DNA of 64,000 nucleotides from Octopus vulgaris. Taxonomy: Eukaryota. A program made the translations under genes and the position numbers. Location: NCBI GenBank assembly GCA_951406725.2, contig OX597823.1, positions 23,870,001 to 23,934,000 on the forward strand, in the 5' to 3' direction. The notes beneath the pieces are model-generated. The model did not search any database. It was not told where the DNA came from and saw only the letters and a program-made list of their open reading frames with translations. Below are positions 54,087 to 63,500 of this stretch, piece after piece. The number at the start of each line of letters is the position of its first letter. Within the stretch, counting starts at the first letter, position 1.

Positions 54087-57000
54087 TGGATCAAAATAGT
54101 ATGATTCAAATTTGTTGGAGCTCTTGAGTTTCAAGTGTAATTTTCAGATTCAAAGTGGCTGACAACTAGCATCATGCTTGAAATTCATGAGTACCAACAA
54201 ATTTGAATCAAACCGTTCTGATCCATACATGTAACTCCCAATAAGTTGGTTGAGTGCCCTTGTCATTTGTCCTTTCACTTGTGTGTGTGTGTATGTATAT
54301 ATGTATGTATATAAGTGGTGGAGTGGGATATGGCCTAGTCACCCGTATAGGTAATCAGGTTGTTCACAAGGGAGTTATACCCATTGACTGGTGTAGCAGC
54401 ATTATAGTCAACTGCTACAAAGGCATGGGCCATGCCCAGGACAAAAATAGTTACAGAGACATCAAATTGCTGGACCAGGGGGTGAAAATTACAAATACAA
54501 TCTGTTACCAGAACAGTAAAACTATACAAGACTTTGTGACATTCCTTTTGTTATCAACATTTCAAAGATGGAGCTTTGTATTTTTGTTAGAAACCAGCAC
54601 CTTCTTCAGTGGAAGAATTTAAATGATAAAACAGAAGAGAAAAATGCATTCATACATACATACATACATACATACATACATACATACATACATTTTATAA
54701 GGTACGTTTTTATATTCCTGTGCAAATTTCTTCAATTTGATTCACTCATTATTTTTTATTTATTGTATTGTTATTTTTGCCCTATTTTCACCTCCCTCTA
54801 AACATGCAAGGACCATTTGTGTCAATTTCTCTTTTCATTTCCAGATTTTGTATTAATTGACTGTGGAACTCCAAGAGAAGTTTCTGGTTCATTGAAGTCC
54901 TATAATTCCACCAACTATAAATCTGAAGCCACTTATACTTGCCCAAACGGAGAACAAGTGAAGTCAGTGTGTGAAAAGGACAATAAGTGGACTTCAGTAC
55001 CATTTTCTTGTAAAGGTAACATAAAATGTTTCTCTCTTGTTGCCTTTGTCTGTGTAATTTTGTTTTACTTTTGTGTTACATGTCTTTGTCGGAGGATGAG
55101 TGGCTAGCTTAGGTAGATTTGTGGCTGGTAGGTGGAAGCTTACAGATCACAGATGTCCCCAAATACTTGCAAATGGGTGGGATGCATTAATTCTGGTCAA
55201 GGACCAGGTAATGGTATTAAACTGGGTGATGGATGCTGTCTACAAACCGAGAGCTGGAAGTGTAGAAACTAATTGTCACCAGCAAGCTTCAACACAGATT
55301 CCATCCACAAAATTTCATCCACAAGACTTAGCTGAGAAGTAAATTTTTCACTACACAGCAAAAACTCCATGCAAAACCACAATGTTATCTCCACTGTTAT
55401 GCCTCATGTCATCTTGGCCATTTCTCACTTAATTTCTAACTTGACTTACTCACCCATACTTTGTGTCATCAATCAAAACCCTTCACATTATAATACCTTG
55501 TGTCCATCTTTACTAAAACATGGCAATACTCTGAAACAGACTTCTGATGCTCTTATCTTCTAATCCACCACCCTTAATCATGATAATATTAATAATAATA
55601 ATGAGTCCTGATTTACACACAAAGATAGCAAGTTATGGTGGGAGTTGTTTCGTCAATACCATCAACCATATTATTTGACTGGTACGTTATGTTATTATGT
55701 TATATCACACAAGTATGAAAAGTGAACGGATAACCAAAAGAACCTGAGTACATACCAGAAAGCATTTCTTCCAGTTTTCCAGTTAGTATACACATAAACA
55801 ATGGAATAAAAAAAAAAAGAAAAAGATGGGGATGATTTTGTGATAAACATTAATGTAGCAGGACTTTGGTCTAGGACCAACTGAAGAACCCTATCTCTGA
55901 AAATCACCCTGAATTCCGTGCATAAGTTTGCTCTGCAGTTATTGTTCTCTAACTTACATGTTTATGCCCTGTGGCCCTTTTTGCTACTTTCACCTTACTT
56001 TCAATAATCATCTCTGAGGACAGTATCTTCCTTTCTATTCTCACTTTCTTTGCAAGGGAAACTTCAAAAATACAAATGAGGGATTGGCTAAACAGGAAAG
56101 TCACTCTCATCTGATCTATCAACCATATCCACCTTGTGATCTCTTTTGCTATCGCCACCAAACAGGAAGACTGACTTCTTTGATTGGTTGAAGGAATGTG
56201 TGAAGCAATCATCATGATAGGCTTGTCTCATAGCCAGATCTATCCCATACTGAAGACCATCTGTTTGACATAACTGCAAGTTAACAGTATATGGAAAATG
56301 AAAGATTTCATGCAAAATTATTTATTTTTACCACAAGTATCTGTGACGGGCTTGTCTGATGCACTTCCATGCCTGTAGATTTTATCTTGGACCAGTAGAG
56401 TCTTTTTGCAGCACTACTGAGCCAAAGAATTAAGAATGTTATCCATAGAAAACCCTGAACAAAAGCCTTGAAAAAAAATAGCCACTTCAGTTTCATTGCT
56501 ACCCAGAGCAACCCTGAGAATATCAATACTCTATCCTACAAATCCTCTTGCTCAGGTTTGACATAGCATACTATATCTGAAATCTTTAAGATTAAGTGAG
56601 ATAGTGTAGCCCAACTCTATCCTACAAATCCTCTTGCTCAGGTTTGAGATAGCATACTATATCTGAAATCTTTAAGATTAAGTGAGATAGTGTAGCCCAT
56701 TCTTTTTAATACTTTTGAGTATGATTGAAGGAAATTTTGCTTATCAGTCTTAATATGTTGTGCATAGGTGTGGCTGTGTAAGCTTGCTTCCCAACCACAT
56801 AGTTCTAGGTTCAGTCCCACCGTGTGGCACCTTGGACAAGTGTCTTGGTCTATAGCCTCAGGCCAACCAAAGCTTTGTGAGTGGATTTGGTAGACAAAAC
56901 AGAAGGAAGACCATCATATACAGGGGGTAATGGGTAAATTGTCACTATTTTGTACTTTTAATTTCTTGCATGTACTTTGTTTATTTTTGATTTTGTTGAC

Positions 57001-60000
57001 TATACAGTATAGTAGGGTCAGTTGGACACCATCTGTGAGAAAAACAGCACCATGATGAAATTCTCTCTGCCAGAAATTGAAAATTACTTGCTGTATTGCT
57101 TGGCATTCACACCGGAAGCTGTGATACGAACATTTCAAAGTGTTTGGGTGTCTATCTCAGGACAGTGCAAAGGATTTGGTAAGAGTTGAATGAGTCTGAT
57201 AGTGATTACAAAAGTATGGTAACTTGGAAAACTCACTCTGATCATTCTAATAAGAAAAGAACCCCAGAATTTGTTGGTGAGATCCAGGCCATGATTGACA
57301 ACAATCCCTCCAATTTAATCAGGTCCATTGCCAGGGACATGGGAGTGTGTGAGTTTCTTGTCAGGCAGGTAGTGCATGAAGACATTTGGTATTCCTCATA
57401 CAAGATGAGAAAAGGACAATTTTTATCTCCAGCTATTAAGGACAAAGAGGAAAGACCATGCTGCAAAGCTTTTGAACTAACTTAAGCATCCCCTCTGACC
57501 AAACATGCTTTCATTTTCCTGAGACAAGAAACAATTCTACCAAGATCAGATGGTCAACACACAGAACAACTGTCCCCAAAACATGTAATGACAGTGATAA
57601 AAATCAAACATCCAGTCAATACCATGGTGTTTGGAATGATCACTAATGATGGCGACGTTATGCCTCCATTCATCTTCCCACATGGCCTCAGACTCAACAC
57701 AGAGGCCTACAGCAAGTGCCTGGAGGAGGTAGTGCTGCTCTGGGTCAAAAGGGTGACTGCTGAAAAACCCTATGTCTGGCAACAAAACTCTTCACCATAC
57801 CACACAAGCAGGAGAACCCAATTATGGCTTTCAGACAATTTCTGCAAACACAACACCCCTAATATCTGGCCACATAACCCCCCCCCCCCCACTGAAATCC
57901 CCTTAATTATTATGTGTGGGGTACAGTTTAGTGAGACACCAACAAAACTCCTTGTAACACCAAATATGAACTGTAGGCAAGGATTATGGCTGCGTTCACC
58001 AACTTAAACAAGGGGATTCCACAGTCATCTGGAGGCTGTGGCTGAAGCCAATGGCGATTTTATTGACTACATTTACTCTTTAGTATTTGAAGATATCTTT
58101 ATGCAATTTTGGTAAATATATCTGTTAAAATGAGATGTCAGTATTATTTTCATTTTTGCATAATTTAGACAACAGTTTATGCATCGCACCCTGTATGTGT
58201 GTGTGTATCTTTGTCTGCATTTGTCCTCCACCACTGCTTGACAACTGGTGTTGGTGTGTTTATATCCTTGTAACTTAATGTTCAGTGAAAAAGACCATTA
58301 AAATAAGTACCAAGCTTTAAAAAAAATAAGTACTGAGGTCAATTCATTTGACTAAAAATCCTTCATGGTGATACTCATGCATGGTTGTTGTTTAATGACT
58401 GAAACAAGTAAAAGATCAAAGATAAGAAACAATGTTGGACATCCACAAAGGGGTATCCGCAGTGGCTGGTCTATGGTAAAATTTGAAATTAATATTGGAG
58501 TCTAACACATCTAAGTTATCCTCCAGTAAATGCTGTTATCTGGTTCACCACAACCATCTGGTCCTTCAGATAATCATGGACAACAGTTGATTCAATGTTA
58601 ATATATTTATTACAATAATAAACACTTTACATACTCAAGCTGGGCATGGTCTATGTTAATGTCGCAGTCTTAGAAGGGAGGGTAAGTTGAGAATCCTATG
58701 ACACAGCTTTATTTTTTTCTGTCATAACTAGTTTACTGAAAAATAAAAGTACCACCTTGTAATGTACTATATATTCATTGTTTAGACACATGGTCAAACA
58801 TAATTAGAGAAATCAATGAAGTTGTCTGATATTCATGTCTTTCTCAAGAGCTCCAACTCGCTATATATTTTCTGCAAACAACTTGCACATGCTACCCATT
58901 GAAAGCTCCACATACTGGAAGCTAACAAGTGTATGGGATCGTAAGAGAGAATGCACGCTGTTTCAGGCCCTACCTCTTAACGGCATCAATGCGCACCAGC
59001 TCATTCACTGATATGAGGTCCTGCTTGCTAGATCAACTGGTTATCAAATAAAGCTCAATATTCTTCTAGCCATCGCTCATCGTTTTTAACCAAATCCTGT
59101 GGCTACCCTTTTCCACTGTAGTTTAGATATCGGTCGTGGTTGTATTTACTTTACAATGAGTTAGGCCTAACGATAACAACAGTCACCTCACACTGTGTCC
59201 AACAAATCCTCTACATCCAACTTCGATTGGAAAATGCTCTGCTTTCCAGCCTACGTCTTCACATTCCTTTAGGAGGTTTACATAACAGTCAATCTTTCAA
59301 GCCCAAGTGGCGTCCATATTATCTACATGAGAAACTGCTAACTCGACTAGATTCACAACTTTCTTTCTTTCAGACCACATTAAAATGTCTGTTTTTTTTT
59401 GTTTTGTTTTTTGTAATTGGGATGGGAAAGAGTCCCTGGCACCCTAGTAACAACCGTTCCACTTTTCATCGCTCACAGGAAGTTTCCTTTTCTTCTTGAA
59501 ATGGATCTGCTGTCCTGGGGGCACAAAGGTAATGAAATCACTAGTTGATACTTTCAATGGTCTTTTTCACTATTGTTGAGATCAATTTTGTTCTTTATAG
59601 CATTGAAGATAACCTCAAGGACCAGGTTGTATCTTTATGTATGCCTATTCAATGCTAGTGAACTGTTAGAAAGAATATGTTTCAATGTTCTGATCTTTCT
59701 ACATTTGCATATATCATTCTGTGAGACGTTCCACCTTATTAGATTTGCAAGTGATAGCAAGACATCATAAGATGAATGAATCAGAAAACCTAACCAAGGT
59801 GTGATCCATCTCCATATCTTATCCCAACTTATTTTTCTCTCAACATGTTTCTCCCATCTCATCATCTGTCCTTGTTGAGTGCATTGGATCAAATGAAGCT
59901 CTTTTCTCTCTGCTTCCCTTGTTTTGACACTGTTGCTAACAACAGATCTGTATTTGTTCCACATCTTACTTGAAAATGGTCTGAACCAATCTGTGCCAAA

Positions 60001-60505
60001 GCCAAGTCTCTTCCTATGAATTTGCATTGCACCTACCATATCTCAGTGTCTAAGATAAGACACAATATCATCAGTCTTTGCCTCTGCTTTCCACGTCCTT
60101 GCTGTTTTCACATCTGGTGGATTACACCTGATTTCGATGTCCTTCAGCTCTCTCAGCATCATCACCATTTGCACCTTCCCTAGTTTATAAATTTCTACTA
60201 CATTTCCACTATTGACACCAGAGGCAACGAGCCTCTTTTATAATAAAGAGCTGCACTGTTCAGTATCTGAGGTAGGCCTAATCACTTTCTAATGAACACA
60301 TTACATTTTTGTTCAATGATTTGAACTCATGACAATGCTACCTCATATATTAAAAGTGGCCACGAAAGTCACAGATACATGCCAATCTGTAAGTACCAAA
60401 CTTTATATTTATCTGGTAACTTTCCAGACATTTGTACATTACTGCATATGCTTTATATGCACTTTTGACAAGTTGTAGTGCACCTGAGCACTATATACAA
60501 TAATT

Positions 60506-60566
<61 letters not shown>

Positions 60567-63500
60567 CATTATGGTTTGAGTCCAGAGATGATTTGCCATG
60601 TGTTTTATGATCAGACAATTCACACTTCTCTGGCCTCTTCTTACAAGCCTTTCCCTGATGTATCTTCAAGTCACTTTTGGTTACAAAGGTCCTACAGCAC
60701 AGCTTACATCCAAAGTTGTTTGCACTTAATTCACTGTTCAAAGGAATAGCTGTATTCATGTCCAAGGTCATTCCCGTGTTAACTAAGTTTCATTGATTCT
60801 CGACTCTCCACTCTTGGTCAATCACGGGGCTGTTATTCTCATTGGTATCTGTTACAACAAGTTAAAAATGCAAGGATTGTAAGTCTGCAGCCTACACCAG
60901 TCTTTCCTGGTGTCAATAGACTTTCCCACTGTCAGCTTGTCTTTCCGAGCAGTCCTCTTGTCTTTCAGGATGCCTAACCGTCTTTCCAGTCTGTCAGTGA
61001 TTACCTACAATGTCTTAGATGTTCTTCAAACAACTTGCACATGCAAGTGCTACCAGTTGCAAACTCCACATATCAGAAGCCAGCAAGTGTATGGGGTCAT
61101 CAGGAGAGAATTTGTGCCATTTCAGGGCCTGCCTCTCTATAGCATCAATGTGCACTGGCTCCCCCCAGTGATATGAGGCCCTGCTTGCTAGATCAACTGA
61201 TTATCAAATAAAGCTCAATATTCTTCTAGCCATCCCTTTTTACCAAATTAATCACTAGGGGAAAATACACATGTCAACTTCCTGCATGAAGAAAATATTA
61301 AAAATCAGCTGTTGACTGAACAGCAATATCATATTTGATTAAAATTTCACCCTTTGTGGGTGCTGAAATCATTATGTCAATGACTTATTTTGGTCATGAG
61401 ATTCGCAAGTGACAACCTTGTAAAAAACAATCACTTTTTCTTCATCTCACTAAAAGTATAATTTTGATTGAGAATTTCTTAGCTTGCTACATTAAGTTGT
61501 GAGTGTCTATATTTACTATGTATTTTTATTTCTTCACTAGATAATGAAAGTGAAGTTATTTTTGTTTTATAAGGCAAAACTTTGCAAGATCAGTTAATTG
61601 ATGTGTTACAGTCCTTGTCATGACTAAGTATAGTTAGTGATATCCATTTACATAGTGGTTTGAAATCACAACAGAATATATTTCACCTTTCATACTTCTG
61701 TGGTTGATGAAATGAGCATTAGTCATATACCGAGGTTGATATATTGTCATGTACCTTCACTGCAGAGTGTGTATCTTTAATATTGGTTACTTCAACAATC
61801 ATTATATTTTTGTATTCTTGTTGTGACGAAGGGTGATAGATCGACAAAGTCATTTGAGCATCAGTCAAAATGTGTTGTGGAATGTGTTCTGGCTATTTGA
61901 CTTTTGAGCATAAATCCTGCCGATGCTGAATTTGCTCTTCTTGGGTCAATAAAATGTAATGCTTGTCTGGTGTAGAGGCCAACCAAATAGACTTATTCCT
62001 TCCTCTAAATCTTGGCCTTGTTTCTCTATTTCAATGTATTGTTGTTGTTATTGGTATATTTCATTGCCTTAAATTTTATTTTTTAATTCTAGATTCTCAG
62101 ATCCATTTTGTGAAAATAAAAGATGCAGCTCTGGATGAAACAGGGAAAACATTGTGGAGTAAGAAAAAAGTAACACCAGATGCATGTGCTGAAAAATGTT
62201 TTTCTGACAAAACTTGTTTATCATTTGAAATAACTAAAGGAAGTGGACTCTGTTACTTATCAAAGCAAACTGCAGCTTCCTCCAAGAAAATAAAAACAGA
62301 CAAAAGCAGAGATTACTACCAACGAGTAAAATGTAATTATTGTTTTTGTACTTTATTATTGGATTTTTCTGAATTTGTGATTCCATTTGTACTTCATAGT
62401 ATATAGACAACTATTTGTGTGAAGACATTGACAGGTTAAGAATGTTATCCATAGAAAACCCTGAACAAAAACCTTGAAAAAAAATAGCCACTTCAGTTTC
62501 ATTGCTACCCAGAGCAACCCTGAGAATATCAATACACTATCCTACAAATCCTCTTGCTCAGGTCAGGTTTGACATAGCATACTATATCTGAAATCTTTAA
62601 GATTAAGTGAGATAGTGTAGCCCATTCTTTTTAATACTTTTGAGTATTATTGAAGGAAAACTTAATCCATCCAGAAAATTATGTTTTAGCAAAAGACTAT
62701 CTTCTCAGAATAAATAAGAATTCTGGTACATCATGAGACATACATGAATGCTCACCTGAATATTTTGGTTGTACATAGTGCTTTTGTACATGCATCTTTC
62801 GATAACATGCATTTATTTAATACTAGTCCAACCCATGCTAGCATGGAAAGCGGACGTTAAATGATGATGATGATGATGATGATGCATGGCCATTACCACA
62901 ACACATGATACATTGATTAGCCATCTGTTTAATGGGGTATCAACCTTAATGTTGCCAGTATGTTTGGAGATGTTCTACCTCTCTCTCATGAATTCTTAAA
63001 AGAGTGTCAGTTTGTGAATCAACTATTTCTTTCTTTTACTTTTTAATTGCTCTATAAGACTTTGCAGCCATGCTGGGGCACTGCCAAAAAGAATTTTGGT
63101 CAAATGAGTTAACCCCAGTAGTTGTTTTTTTTTTTTAAGCCTGGCACTTATTCTAACAGTTTCTTTTGCCGAACTGCTAATTTATGGTGACATAAGCACA
63201 CCAACATAAGTTGTCAAGCAGTGATAGGGGATACACACATACACATGCACAATGAGCTTCTTTCAGTTTTTGTATGCCACTCATAAGGATTTGGTTGGCC
63301 CAAAGCTATAGTAGAAGACACTTACCCAAAGTGTCACGCAGCAGAACAGAACCTAGAACCATGAGGTTGAGGAGCAAACTTCTTACCACTCAGTCACATC
63401 TATGCTTGTTTATAATGAATTTTTCATTTGCAAAATTATGTTTCAAATGCTTTAAAATATTTAATACATGCTAAGATGTGTTAGAATGTAGTTGTTTTCT

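Noticed and set aside
60439-60771. Host zinc-finger gene with poly-Asn
   Set aside because: The finger belongs to the decayed HERO-like element and the poly-N is an (ATT)n microsatellite.
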